Below are positions 9,412 through 19,562 of a DNA stretch of 64,000 nt, one piece after another. The notes beneath the pieces were generated by a model that saw only the letters and a program-made list of their open reading frames with translations, was not told the origin of the DNA and searched no databases. Numbering within the stretch: position 1 is the stretch's first letter; each line of letters opens with the position of its first letter. A program made the translations under genes and the position numbers. This DNA is from a plasmid: sequence record NZ_CP043850.1; one strand, given 5' to 3'.

Positions 9412-10454
9412 TGGCGTGGGCACGGAAGAAGCGGCCTCGGCAGGAACCGGGTGAGCTGGCGCAGGAGCAGATTCCGACGCCGGCCCGAACCAAGGTCAAC
9501 GACCTGGGGTCCAAGCTTCTGGTGGGGGGCGTCTATGGCGCCATCGCGCTGGGGCTGCTGTCCGGGTGCGGCGCCCTGGGGATGTCCGTGATGTCCTCCG
9601 GCGCTGAGAAGGCTCCGGTGGTGGAGACGATGAACACGGCCACCGCCGAGGGCACCGCGGTCTCCTACGTGACGGCGTGGCTCACGGCCTCCCGGCAGGA
9701 CCAGAGCCTGCTGAGCGCATACGTCAAGGAGGACTCCCGGAAGGTCCCCGAGACGCCGTTGGCCGTGCGCGACGTCGCCGTGGCCGGTGTGGAGAAGACC
9801 GAGGACCCGGACGTGATCTCTGTGCTCGTCGCCGCTCACGTCGAACAGCGCACCGAGCTCGAGCAGGACGGGCAGACGCCCAAGAACACGACGAGCTCGG
9901 CTCCAGCCTCCGCCAGCACGGAGGCCAAGACCAGCGCCAAACCGGCTCCCACCACGTACGCGCTGCGCTACTACCAGGTGGCGGTCAAGCAGACAGAGGG
10001 CACGGTCCAGGTAATCGGATACCCCACACCTGCGCCTGGGCCACGTCAGGGCGAGGCGGTCTCGTTGGGATACCCGCACCGGATCTCCACGACCACCGAT
10101 CTGGGGACCACGCTGGAGGGCTTCCTACAGTCCTACGGCGCCGGCAAGGGGGACGTCACCCGGTACCTGGCTGCCACCGACACGCTCCAGGCGATCACCC
10201 CGGCCCCCTACACCGAACTGGTGATCGAAGACCTGCGCACGAGCACGAAGCTCGAGGAACTTCCCGACGGCGAAGCCGTCCGGGTGCTCATCCAGGCCGA
10301 GGGGGTGCTGCCGGATGCGAACCAGTCACGCATGGGCGCCACCTTCCCGGTCACGGTCGCTCGGCGAGACGGCCGATGGGAGGTGATCTCTCTGGACCCT
10401 GCTCCTCTGCTGGCCCCTGAATCCGAGTCCCGCTCAGCTACCCCCACCTCTTGA
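9408..10454 (+). CDS. conjugation-associated membrane-anchored protein
   Basis: About 348 aa from ATG 9408. N-terminal TM (LLVGGVYGAIALGLLSGCGAL) then a Thr/Ser/Ala-rich extracellular region. Translationally coupled to the upstream gene. Confidence 0.5.
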   Translation: MMAWARKKRPRQEPGELAQEQIPTPARTKVNDLGSKLLVGGVYGAIALGLLSGCGALGMSVMSSGAEKAPVVETMNTATAEGTAVSYVTAWLTASRQDQSLLSAYVKEDSRKVPETPLAVRDVAVAGVEKTEDPDVISVLVAAHVEQRTELEQDGQTPKNTTSSAPASASTEAKTSAKPAPTTYALRYYQVAVKQTEGTVQVIGYPTPAPGPRQGEAVSLGYPHRISTTTDLGTTLEGFLQSYGAGKGDVTRYLAATDTLQAITPAPYTELVIEDLRTSTKLEELPDGEAVRVLIQAEGVLPDANQSRMGATFPVTVARRDGRWEVISLDPAPLLAPESESRSATPTS

Positions 10455-10479
10455 ACCCCCTGTCTGAAAGGAACACCCC

Positions 10480-10773
10480 ATGAACACCTCCCTCACCTCC
10501 ATCACCCAGACCGCCCTGGACGGCATGGTCGTCGGCAACATCTTCGACACCGTCAACGACCTCACCTCCGAGGCGATGATCGCGCTGAAGGCCGTCATCG
10601 TCCTGTTCGGCGTCGTGGTCTTCCTCATCGGTGCCGTCGCCGCCAAGGGCAAGACCGCCGGCACGATCATGGCCGGCATCGGCGGCGGCTTCTTCATCTG
10701 GCTGGGCCTGTTCGGTGTCCAGTGGCTGGCCGAAGAGTTCGGCTCCACCGTCGCCGGCGTGCTGCTGGTCTGA
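10480..10773 (+). CDS. small two-TM membrane protein (VirB2/pilin-like candidate)
   Basis: 97-aa ORF with two hydrophobic helices and a Gly-rich stretch (IMAGIGGGFFIWLGLFG). Good RBS-like AAAGGAACACCCC upstream. Confidence 0.5.
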   Translation: MNTSLTSITQTALDGMVVGNIFDTVNDLTSEAMIALKAVIVLFGVVVFLIGAVAAKGKTAGTIMAGIGGGFFIWLGLFGVQWLAEEFGSTVAGVLLV

Positions 10774-10792
10774 GCCAGGAAGGACACGACCG

Positions 10793-11320
10793 ATGGCCGA
10801 GACCGGACGGTTCTACAGCAGCATCCGCCGCATCCCCACCACCTTGCACCGACTGCCCGACGGCACTCGGATCTGGGGTGGGCCCTACACGCTCGTGCAG
10901 GGCGCCGGAGCGGCGGCGGTCCTTGCTCTGCTGTGGTCCTTCCGCGGTGTCTGGGGCACCCAGACACTGATCGTCGACGTCGTCATCTCGCTGGGCTGGG
11001 CCGCCGCCGCGGTCTGGGCCCTGCGGTACGCCCCGGACAACATCCACGAACTGATCATGCTCTTCACCGGCGCGATCAACGCCTGGTCCAAGCCCAAGAA
11101 CGGGCAGTACGAGGGCGTGAAGTTCGAGCTGACCCGACCGCCGAGGCACCCGCAGGACGACACCTCAGAGACCACGCCCACCGCGGCGGCGCCCCCCTCC
11201 CAGGGAGCCACTCCTGACGAGACACCCCAGCGCCCCACCTACCGGCCCCTGGGCACCTCCTCGGTAACCCGCCTCCTCCACCAGGCCACCGCCCCCACAG
11301 ACCGCAAGGACCACGCATGA
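10793..11320 (+). CDS. membrane protein preceding VirB4 (VirB3/PrgI/TcpD-like candidate)
   Basis: About 175 aa from ATG 10793. Two TM helices, then a Pro/Thr-rich tail. Stop overlaps the VirB4-like start (ATGA at 11317). Confidence 0.45.
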   Translation: MAETGRFYSSIRRIPTTLHRLPDGTRIWGGPYTLVQGAGAAAVLALLWSFRGVWGTQTLIVDVVISLGWAAAAVWALRYAPDNIHELIMLFTGAINAWSKPKNGQYEGVKFELTRPPRHPQDDTSETTPTAAAPPSQGATPDETPQRPTYRPLGTSSVTRLLHQATAPTDRKDHA

Positions 11321-13881
11321 AGAACCCGATCCTGTACATGACACAGAACCTGGTCTGGACCACCTCCGGCACGGTCTGGGCGATGTGGCGTCTGCGCGGT
11401 CTGCCCTACGGCTTCGGCAAGGGCGACCACAAGGAGCGGGCAATGCTCGCCCATCAGGCGCTGTTCCAGGGTCTGCGCGGGGAGGCACTGCTGATGGGCC
11501 TGTGCGCCGAGATCGAGCCGGCCTCCGTCGTCGAGCGCATGCTCGAGGGACTGGACCTGAGCGAGTGCGAGCACTACCTGCACGAGGCCGAGCTCGTCCT
11601 GGACGAACTGGAGCAGATCCCCGTCGGGGAACGCGCCTACTGGCTGGCCGTCCCGCTGCCGGCCCGCTCGGTCATGGACCGGGTTCGGACCCTCGCCAAG
11701 GCCGCGGACGGCAAGCTGCGCGAACAGCTGGCCCTGCCCTCCCGCCGCCCCGACGCCAACGAGATCGACGCGCTGCTCAAGGCCGCCCACCAGATCGCCC
11801 GCAACATCCCCGAGGCCTTCCACGCCAAACCCTCCAGCCCCGCGGAGGTCCTGTGGATCTACTCCCACTCCCACAACCGCGGGCTGGGCTCTGACCCCAC
11901 GGCACCGGCCGGGGAATCCTCAGCACAGCACCTCACCGGCCGCGGGGTGATCCCCGAACCCTGGATCGACGAGGGCGGCCAGTCCGAGGTCAGCGCCAAG
12001 GAGAGGCTCAACCCCTTCCGGCGCCGCTACCTCAAGGTCCGCTCCGATGCCACCGCCGGAGAGGCCAGCTACCAGGTGCTGTTGGCGCTGACCGGCGGAC
12101 CGGCTGAGGGCTTCAACTTCCCAGACGATGAGTTCATCAGCTACCTGGACAGCCTGAACGTCAACGCGGACTGGGTCATGCGGATGAACATCCTGCCGGC
12201 CAAGAAGGCCGCCTCCAGGAACAAGCGCGCTGAAGAGAAGCTCAACGACGAGTACAACCAGCAGTCCGGGGACTCCCACGCCATCACCGGCGGCTCCACC
12301 CGACTGGACCGGATCGCTGAGGACCTCACCGCCTACCACGCGGCCCTGAACAGCTCAGAGTCCGAGGTCTCCGTCGACGCCGCGGTGATCTTCGCTGTCG
12401 GCGCGCCCACGGCAGAGATCGCCCAGGACCATGCCAACGCCATCGTGCGCGCCTACGAGTCCCGCGAGTTCAAGGTCACCACCCCCCTTGGATACCAGGA
12501 GGAGCTGTGGTGGGCCGCTCTGCCTGGCACCCCGAGCTCGGCGACGGTGAAGAAGCTGGAGCTGCTGGCCACCGGGCGGCACCTGGCCTTCGGGGTCCCG
12601 CTGGTCACCGACGCGCTGGGCACCCGCAAGGGTTTCCGCCTGGGAGTGAACATCTCCAGCTCGCGCCGCTCACCGGTCTTCATGGACATCGGCGGCCTGA
12701 TGGAGGCCGACATGTCCGGCTCCTTCGCCGTCACCGGAGAGAACGGCTCCGGCAAGTCCACCCTGCTCAAGATCGTCGCCGGCAACGTCTTCGACCGTGG
12801 CGGTCAGGTGGTGGCCATCGACCGCTCGGACAACACGGAATGGGCAGAGCTAGGAACACTGCTCACCGAGGCCACCGGCATCGAACCGACCGTGGTAGAG
12901 CTGAGCAACACCCACTGGTCCCTGGACCCCCTGCGTCTGTTCCCACCGGCTAACGCCGCACGTGTGACCCGGTCCCTGTGCTCGGTCCTGCTGGGCTTCG
13001 AGGCCAACTCCCCCGAGGGCCGCCTTCTCGGCCAGGTGCTGCACCCCGACTACGCGGCCACCCATCAGATCACCTCCATGGGCGCCCTGGTGGCACACCT
13101 GCATTCCGGTCAGGGGCTGGCCGGCACCGACCCGCAGCAGGCCCGCGACATCGCCTTCGGCCTGCAGAACGTCGAATCCACAGAGTTCGGCCCCCTGCTG
13201 TTCGACGAGCAGCTTCCGACCCTGGATCTGGCCTCCCGCTTCCTGACCTTCTGCACCCGCGGGGTGGAGCTGCCCCGACGCGAGGAGCTCGAGTCCGCCG
13301 CCCTCAAAGCGGAGCTGCCGGTGGAGAAGGTCATCGGCCGCGCCCTGTACTCCCTGATCGTGGCCATCAGCCGTCTGGTGCTCTACGCCGACGACGCCAT
13401 CGAGTCCCTGATGATCGTGGACGAGGCCCACCACGCCACCGGCTCGCCCGAGACCGAGCTGGAGCTGTCGAACGTCGTGCGCTACGGCCGCAAGCACAAG
13501 GCCGCGGTCGCCCTGGGCTCGCATGACGCCTCCACCGACTTCGGTTCCGAGACCCTGCGCGGGCTGATCCCGGTGCGCATCGTCTGCCGGGCCCGGGACG
13601 CCGCCATGGCACGGCGGAACCTGGAGTGGCTGGGCGACATGGGCCAGGAGCAGTGGGTGGAGCTGGTCACCTCCGGGCTCTCGCCCATGGGCTCGGACGA
13701 CAAGGTCCCTGTGGAGCGCCGCGGTGAGGCCCTGATGCGAGACGCCCACGGCAACATCGCCAAGATCAAGGTGCTGCCCCCGCTGACCCCCGAGCGAGCC
13801 AAGGCCGTGATGACGACCCCGCCCAAGCGAGGGACCCCCGCAGCCTCCGCGGCACAGGATCGAGAGCTGGTGCAGGCATGA
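11317..13881 (+). CDS. VirB4/TrbE/TcpF-family conjugative T4SS ATPase
   Basis: 854-aa ORF with Walker A SFAVTGENGSGKSTLLK and Walker B SLMIVDEAHH. Size and architecture fit VirB4-like (DUF87/AAA-like) ATPases of Gram-positive and actinobacterial conjugation systems. Confidence 0.85.
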   Translation: MKNPILYMTQNLVWTTSGTVWAMWRLRGLPYGFGKGDHKERAMLAHQALFQGLRGEALLMGLCAEIEPASVVERMLEGLDLSECEHYLHEAELVLDELEQIPVGERAYWLAVPLPARSVMDRVRTLAKAADGKLREQLALPSRRPDANEIDALLKAAHQIARNIPEAFHAKPSSPAEVLWIYSHSHNRGLGSDPTAPAGESSAQHLTGRGVIPEPWIDEGGQSEVSAKERLNPFRRRYLKVRSDATAGEASYQVLLALTGGPAEGFNFPDDEFISYLDSLNVNADWVMRMNILPAKKAASRNKRAEEKLNDEYNQQSGDSHAITGGSTRLDRIAEDLTAYHAALNSSESEVSVDAAVIFAVGAPTAEIAQDHANAIVRAYESREFKVTTPLGYQEELWWAALPGTPSSATVKKLELLATGRHLAFGVPLVTDALGTRKGFRLGVNISSSRRSPVFMDIGGLMEADMSGSFAVTGENGSGKSTLLKIVAGNVFDRGGQVVAIDRSDNTEWAELGTLLTEATGIEPTVVELSNTHWSLDPLRLFPPANAARVTRSLCSVLLGFEANSPEGRLLGQVLHPDYAATHQITSMGALVAHLHSGQGLAGTDPQQARDIAFGLQNVESTEFGPLLFDEQLPTLDLASRFLTFCTRGVELPRREELESAALKAELPVEKVIGRALYSLIVAISRLVLYADDAIESLMIVDEAHHATGSPETELELSNVVRYGRKHKAAVALGSHDASTDFGSETLRGLIPVRIVCRARDAAMARRNLEWLGDMGQEQWVELVTSGLSPMGSDDKVPVERRGEALMRDAHGNIAKIKVLPPLTPERAKAVMTTPPKRGTPAASAAQDRELVQA

Positions 13882-15749
13882 TCCACGCCCGCACACTGAC
13901 GTTGGCCGCCGGGGTCACCGTCCTGGCCGCCCAGCTCTGGGCCGCTCCGGCCGCCCTCGCAGCCCCCAGGGACGGGGCGCCCGCGCAGGGCTCGGGGGTG
14001 ATGGGCCTGGACGAGTGGCGCGCGCAGGTCACGGACACCGCCGGCGTGCCCATCGAGAAGTACCGTGCTCTGCCTCTGGACCACGGAACCGCGATCGAGC
14101 TCGACATCGAGCACTCCATGAAGCGCTCGGCTCTGGTCTCCATCCTGGACCTGCTGTGGGGGATCCACTACGAGATCGTCACCACCGTGATGTGGCTGTT
14201 GCACACCCTGCTCTCCTTCGAGTGGGTCGGCTGGTTCGCCGCCCCCATGGAGTCCTTCGGGGCTGCGGTGGGCCAGATGGTCGCACAGATCCACTGGATT
14301 CCCCTGGCCTCGATGATCAGCGGTCTGGCGATTGCGTTGCTCTTCGCTGCCCGCAAGCGCGGAGCGGCATGGGGAGAGCTGGCTCTGAGCGTGACGATGG
14401 TCATCGTGGCCACCAACATGGCATTGAACCCGGTGGCCTACGTCACCGGCGACAACGGCGTGCTCACCAAGGCCGAGGAGGCCGCCGGCCAGATCAGCGT
14501 CGAGATCGCCGGCGGCGCCGACCAGCTGGATTCCGGGGCCAGCGCCTCGGAGGTCATGGGGCAGACGCTCACCGCGGATCTGACCGACATGCTCATGCGC
14601 GGACCCTCGCAAGCAGTGGCGTTCGGTGAGTCCCTCACCGGGGAATGTGACGCCGTCTTCACCCAGACCATGAGCGAGTCCGACCCGATGAAGGTCGAGG
14701 AGAAGACGGTGATGGACCCGATCAAGGACTGCAGCGAGTCCGCGGCCAGCTGGTCCGAGTCCATCTCCTTCACTCGCATCGCCCCGATGGTGATGATCAA
14801 CCTGGGGTCCCTGGCGTTCAGTGCCATGGCCTTCGTGCTCGGTCTCGTACTGATCGTGGCTGTGCTGATGGCCCTGTTCTACGCGCTCTACCAAGGGTTG
14901 GCGGTGCTGGTGGCAATCCTGCCCCTCCGCAGCCGACTGGGCTTCTTCAACGCCTTCATCGGCGTGCTGGCCTGCGCGGTGGGCATCGTGGCCGCGATCG
15001 TCACCGTGAGCCTGTGCCTGCAGCTGCTCAAGGAGCTCCTGGCGGTCACCGCGGGGCTGGGCGTGACGGTGCAGATGCTGCTGATGGTCATCGTGCTCGT
15101 CGTGCTGTGCTTCCTGATCTTCCGCGCCTATGGGGCATCCCGGGCCAAGGGGCGCGCTCTGGCCCGGTGGCTGTCGGGGCTGGGCCTGTCCAAGCAGGGC
15201 GGCAGCAACAAGGTCAAGGCACTGGCCGGCGCCGGCGGCGCCGCTGCGGCCGGATACAAGGCCCGCAAGTGGATCGAGCAGCGCAGAGGCAAGACCGAGA
15301 CCGAGGAGACCGGCCGACCTCGGGCGGGCCTGCGCACGGCCGGCGGAGGACCAGATGCCGCAGCCCAGCCTGGCGCCGGACCACGGCGTCCAGGGCCTGG
15401 GCCCACCCGTCCGGGGCTGCCGACAGCCCCGGTGCTGCGGGCCGTCGGCACGGGCGCGGCCGGCGTGGGCGGCCCCTGGGGAGCGGCCGCCGGCGCAGCC
15501 GCTCACCTTGCAGCGTCTCGCCTCGAGAGGGGGGCGCACCGTCGTGAGCTGGCGGCCCCGCGGCCGCGCAAGGTCGAGCGCTTCTCCCGCATCCAGATCG
15601 ACAAGAACGGGCAGGCGGTCGTGAACCCTCCTCGCCGCGAGGTCGTCGAAGGCACTGTCGTGCCCCCGCATCAGGGACCGCGGCCTCGGCAGCAGTCCTC
15701 CGAGGCGACTCGGCGCATGCGTGAGCGGCTGCACCAGGAGCATCCGTGA
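13878..15749 (+). CDS. polytopic membrane protein (VirB6/TrbL/TcpH-like) with Gly/Ala/Pro-rich C-terminus
   Basis: 623-aa ORF with at least 6 TM helices and a low-complexity basic tail. Start overlaps the VirB4 stop (ATGA). Confidence 0.6.
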   Translation: MIHARTLTLAAGVTVLAAQLWAAPAALAAPRDGAPAQGSGVMGLDEWRAQVTDTAGVPIEKYRALPLDHGTAIELDIEHSMKRSALVSILDLLWGIHYEIVTTVMWLLHTLLSFEWVGWFAAPMESFGAAVGQMVAQIHWIPLASMISGLAIALLFAARKRGAAWGELALSVTMVIVATNMALNPVAYVTGDNGVLTKAEEAAGQISVEIAGGADQLDSGASASEVMGQTLTADLTDMLMRGPSQAVAFGESLTGECDAVFTQTMSESDPMKVEEKTVMDPIKDCSESAASWSESISFTRIAPMVMINLGSLAFSAMAFVLGLVLIVAVLMALFYALYQGLAVLVAILPLRSRLGFFNAFIGVLACAVGIVAAIVTVSLCLQLLKELLAVTAGLGVTVQMLLMVIVLVVLCFLIFRAYGASRAKGRALARWLSGLGLSKQGGSNKVKALAGAGGAAAAGYKARKWIEQRRGKTETEETGRPRAGLRTAGGGPDAAAQPGAGPRRPGPGPTRPGLPTAPVLRAVGTGAAGVGGPWGAAAGAAAHLAASRLERGAHRRELAAPRPRKVERFSRIQIDKNGQAVVNPPRREVVEGTVVPPHQGPRPRQQSSEATRRMRERLHQEHP

Positions 15750-17512
15750 GCACGGGTAAGCAGGAAGAGCACCACGAGCCAACCGGTGCCGCAGGGGCAC
15801 GAGCGCGCCGGGCGGTGATCATGGTCGCCGCCTCGATCGTCCTCTGCATCGGACTGCTCATCGTGCTGGTGCTGGGCCTGGTCATGTTCACCGGCGCCGG
15901 CCTGGAGAAGAAGCGACAGCAGGATCTGGCCGCGAGCACCTGTCTGGCCCCGGAGGTGGCAGCAGGGGTCGCCGGCGACGGCTCGGTCGCGGTGCCCGTG
16001 GCGGGGATCGTCACCAGCATGTTCGGCCCCCGAGACAACCCGTTCGGCCCGGGCGGCGGTGGAGGCGGCTCCGGGCTGACCAACCACGTCGCCGTGGACA
16101 TCGGGGCGCCGGAAGGCACCCCGATCTACGCGGCCATGGACGGCACCGTGGACGTGGTCTCTCTCGGCGGGCAGGAGGACGGCAACGGCGTTCTCATCGA
16201 CAGCGGGGGAGGGGTGAAGATCCTGTACTGGCACGCAGCCAACAACACGATCCGGGTCAAGGAAGGCGACGTCGTCAAGGTCGGTCAGCACATCGCCGGA
16301 GTCGGAGACACCGGCGTCGCCACCGGCTACCACCTGCACATGGAGGTGCGAGTCAATGGGGAGAAGATCGACCCGGCGGCCTTCTTCCGGGAGCGCGGTC
16401 TGATCTTCGAGCTGCGCAAGCCTCCCCGGCTGGTGGAGACCGCACGCAAGACGGGCGCCAGCGCCTCATCCTCGGCCACGTCCGCCTCGGCTGAACCCTC
16501 TCAGGGGCAGAACGATCCCACCCAGCTGCAGACCGAGCAGGTGAAGGTGATGTTGCCCGAGGGCATCGAGTACGAGCTCAAGCCCGAGCAGATCCGCAAC
16601 GCCGCGGCCATCATCGGCGCCGGCCAGGCCGCGGAGGTCTCCGACCAGGCGATCATCGTGGCGCTGATGACGGCGCTGCAGGAGAGCATGCTCTACAACC
16701 TCGCCTCCCCTGCGGTCCCGGAGTCGCTGGCCTACCCTCACGACCGGCAAGCGGTGAACAAGGCCTCGGTCGGGTTGTTCCAGCAGCAGTACACGATGGG
16801 GTGGGGTCCGGTGGCGGACCTGATGCAGCCGTCGATCTCAGCGCGGACCTTCTACCTAGGGAGGGAGAACCCGAATGATGCGCCAGCGCTGGGGCTGCTG
16901 GACTACCCCGGATGGGAGAGCATGCACCCGGGAGTGGCCGCGCAGGTCGTGCAGAAGAGCGCCCACCCCGACGCCTACATCAAGTGGGAGCAGACCGCCA
17001 CGCAGATCCTCTCGCAGGTGACCGGAACCGCGCCGGTGCCCTCGGCCTGTTCAGGTCCGGCGGTGCCTGCAGGCGAACAGCCCGGCCCAGCCGATGGAGC
17101 TCGCGCCCGGGACGAGAGCACCCTGGACCTGCAGATCCCTGCTGGTCTCAGCCGTGAGGACATCGTCGCGGCCGCGGAGTCCGGTGTGGGCGGGGCCTTC
17201 ACGTACGGCGCCGCCGACTTCCAGTCCTGGGACTCCAGCGGGTTCGTCTACTGGGTCTACCGGGATCAGGGAATCGAGATGCCGCGCACCTCCCCGTGGG
17301 CGGCCGGTGAGCGCACGCAGACGCCCCAGCCCGGCGACCTGGTCGCTCAGCAGTGGAACGCCCAGCGCCAGCGGTGGGACCACGTCGGGATCTACGTGGG
17401 CGACGGGATGATGATCTCCGCCATCAACGAGGACGCCGGTACCCGCAAGCACCCGGTCACCCAGACCGGTGAGTCTCCCGTCTACTTCACCATCCTCAAG
17501 GAGCAGCAGTGA
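15746..17512 (+). CDS. secreted peptidoglycan hydrolase: M23 metallopeptidase + NlpC/P60-like domains (VirB1/TcpG-like)
   Basis: 588-aa ORF. M23 motifs HVAVDIGAPEGTPIYAAMDG and GYHLHMEV are present. The C-terminal domain has an NlpC/P60-like pattern (...GFVYWVY...HVGIYVGDGMMISA) but reads D-S-S-G where D-C-S-G is canonical. N-terminal TM/signal. Confidence 0.8.
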   Translation: MSTGKQEEHHEPTGAAGARARRAVIMVAASIVLCIGLLIVLVLGLVMFTGAGLEKKRQQDLAASTCLAPEVAAGVAGDGSVAVPVAGIVTSMFGPRDNPFGPGGGGGGSGLTNHVAVDIGAPEGTPIYAAMDGTVDVVSLGGQEDGNGVLIDSGGGVKILYWHAANNTIRVKEGDVVKVGQHIAGVGDTGVATGYHLHMEVRVNGEKIDPAAFFRERGLIFELRKPPRLVETARKTGASASSSATSASAEPSQGQNDPTQLQTEQVKVMLPEGIEYELKPEQIRNAAAIIGAGQAAEVSDQAIIVALMTALQESMLYNLASPAVPESLAYPHDRQAVNKASVGLFQQQYTMGWGPVADLMQPSISARTFYLGRENPNDAPALGLLDYPGWESMHPGVAAQVVQKSAHPDAYIKWEQTATQILSQVTGTAPVPSACSGPAVPAGEQPGPADGARARDESTLDLQIPAGLSREDIVAAAESGVGGAFTYGAADFQSWDSSGFVYWVYRDQGIEMPRTSPWAAGERTQTPQPGDLVAQQWNAQRQRWDHVGIYVGDGMMISAINEDAGTRKHPVTQTGESPVYFTILKEQQ

Positions 17513-18315
17513 CCACTCAGAGCCCCGCCCCCCAGGAGCCTGCTGGCCATGGCCGCGTGTGGCCCTACCTCGCCGGTGCCGCCGCCGCGGCAGCCCTCGG
17601 GGTCAGCCTGTTCGCCATGGGATCAGACCCGGAGCCCTCACCGACCCCAGCGGCCTCCGCGGGGTCAGCGCAGGCGCGCGTCAGCGAGGCGCCCACGGCG
17701 CCGGTCACCTCCCCGGCGACCTCGGCTGCCCCGTCCAGTTCCCCCTCCCCGGCCTCGAGCAGTCGGGACACGGGTCGGGAAAAAAGCTCGCAGACCCCGA
17801 TCGACCTGTCTGGAAAAGGCCAGGTCAGCGAGGAATCGGTCAGTCCTGAGCGGGAGGCGCAGATGCAGGTGGAACAGCAGGCTCAGGCCCGGGCCGTAGC
17901 GGGCGCAGACGCCTCGAGCCGGCAGCGGGCGGAGCAGGTGGCCGAGGCCTTCGTGCTCGCCTCGAATGAGCGCACCTGGCAGACCGGGCGGCAGCAGTGG
18001 GTGCAGCGACTGCAGCAGCTGGCGACCCCTGGGGTGGTGGAGAGCGTGAACGTGGACCAGGACTGGGAGTCGGACAGCCAGCGCCGCTACGTCGAAGCCA
18101 AGGCCGAGACCACCACGCAGATCCAGCAAGTCCAGGCGCAGACGCTCACCAACGATGGGCAGATCGAGGTGGAGGTCGAGTTCGTCACCGAGACCGACAG
18201 CGAGGACCCCTGGGTGAGCAACCCTCCGGTGCGCAAGTCCTTGGTTCTGGTGGTCGATCCAGCCCAGGGCATGGTCGTCGACCAGCTGGACATGACCCCC
18301 AGAGGCGGTTTGTGA
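17509..18315 (+). CDS. membrane-anchored Ser/Pro-rich protein, last gene of transfer operon
   Basis: 268-aa ORF. N-terminal TM, a PS-rich linker, then a C-terminal globular region. GTGA-type overlap with the upstream gene. Confidence 0.45.
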   Translation: MTTQSPAPQEPAGHGRVWPYLAGAAAAAALGVSLFAMGSDPEPSPTPAASAGSAQARVSEAPTAPVTSPATSAAPSSSPSPASSSRDTGREKSSQTPIDLSGKGQVSEESVSPEREAQMQVEQQAQARAVAGADASSRQRAEQVAEAFVLASNERTWQTGRQQWVQRLQQLATPGVVESVNVDQDWESDSQRRYVEAKAETTTQIQQVQAQTLTNDGQIEVEVEFVTETDSEDPWVSNPPVRKSLVLVVDPAQGMVVDQLDMTPRGGL

Positions 18316-18491
18316 GCGCCGACTGAGGCCCCTCGTCTAGGGCGTCCACTCGCACAGGGTGGGCGCCCTTGATGCTGTCCGGGCTGTGGCGATGGGGGAC
18401 GGCGTGGTCAAGCCCCTCGTGATGGCGTAGACGGCCAGGAGCGCCAGGGGTCCTGGGGCCGGGCGAAGCGGGGCACGGGGGAAGGCGCGCC

Positions 18492-18560
18492 GGTTGTCGA
18501 GATGCAGCGAAGAGTTCACACGACGCGCGGTGAACTCTTCGCATATCAGGCGGGATCCGG
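18492..18560. repeat. left-type terminal-inverted-repeat copy (GGTTGTCGAGATGCAGCGAAGAGTTCAC...GCGGGATCCGG) with internal 11-bp stem hairpin
   Basis: About 70% identical over about 70 bp to 57502-57570, and over 25-50 bp to 40752-40800 and 38243-38285. Contains the perfect palindrome GAAGAGTTCAC-N10-GTGAACTCTTC (18509-18540). Confidence 0.6.
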
Positions 18561-18782
18561 TCGGCGTGAAATCTGGGTGTCCCGGTGGGCGCTCCCGCGC
18601 GCCCCAGGGCCCGCCAGAAACGTACGGGCGGCTGCCGCTCTGGCGGGTCGGTTGTGGCGAGTCATGTGGCGGGCGGACAGGGTCGGATGTGGCGCGCACG
18701 GCGCATGGCGGGGTTGTCAACGTCGGCCGAATATTGACCCCTTATCGTCGTTGAATTTTGACCCCCTCGAATTGATGTGTTG

Positions 18783-19562
18783 TTACTTGCCCGCGGGTTG
18801 TGCGGGGGTCTTGAGGAGCTCGCGGCGTGCCCTGGTGCGGTAGGAGTCCCCGCCGAGGGTGAGGACTTCCGCGTGGTGAACGAGTCGGTCGATCATCGCG
18901 GCCGCGACGATGTCGTCGGAGAAGATCTCACCCCATCTGCCGAAGGGCATGTTGCTGGTGAGCACGATCGAGCCTTGCTCGTAGCGGGACGCGATGAGTT
19001 GGAAGAACAGGTTCGCGGCGTCCGCGTCGAATGGCAGGTAGCCGACCTCGTCGATGATCAGCATCCGGTAGCGGCGGAGTCGTTTCAGCTCATGCTCGAG
19101 CCGGCCGGCTGCGTGCGCGGCCTGGAGTCGGCCAGCCCAGCCGGTCGCGGTATCGAACAACACCGGGTATCCAGCGTGCGCGGCTTTGATGCCGAGGCCG
19201 ATCGCGAGGTGTGTTTTGCCGACACCGGGTGGGCCGAGCAGGATCACGTTCTCCGCTTTCGGGATGAACGTTGTCGTCGCGAGGTGAGCGAGGACATCGC
19301 GACGCAGCGAGGGCTGATGGTCGGCGTTGAAGTCGTCCAGGGTCTTCACCGCGGGGAAGTGAGCGCCCGCGATTCGCAGTGTCGTTCCGTTCGCTTCCCG
19401 GTCCGCGACCTGGCGTTACAGGACCGCGGTGAGGTATTCCTCGTGGGACCAGCCCTCGGTGCGGGCTTGATCGCCGAGGGTCTCCCAGACCCGGCCGATC
19501 GTGGGGGTCTTCAACGCCCGGGTCAGGTATCCCATCGTCGCCGCGATCTCCGTTTCGGGCAT
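18783..19562 (-). pseudogene. istB: IstB helper ATPase gene inactivated by nonsense mutation (copy 1)
   Basis: Copy 2 encodes the full 259-aa IstB (GPPGVGKTHLA Walker A). In copy 1 codon CAA is TAA (plus-strand TTACAG at 19417-19422 versus TTGCAG at 24531-24536). This leaves a 71-aa N-terminal ORF and a 188-aa internal-Met ORF (18783-19349). Confidence 0.8.

Noticed and set aside
13482-15800. 772-aa minus-strand ORF, and many other long ORFs antisense to the called genes (e.g. 714-1880 +, 35048-37024 +, 15214-16119 -, 29192-30391 -, 43704-44330 +)
   Set aside because: Arg/Gly/Pro/Ala-rich low-complexity translations typical of stop-free antisense frames in about 70% GC DNA. Each overlaps a motif-bearing gene on the other strand (VirB6-like, MmeI-like, and so on).
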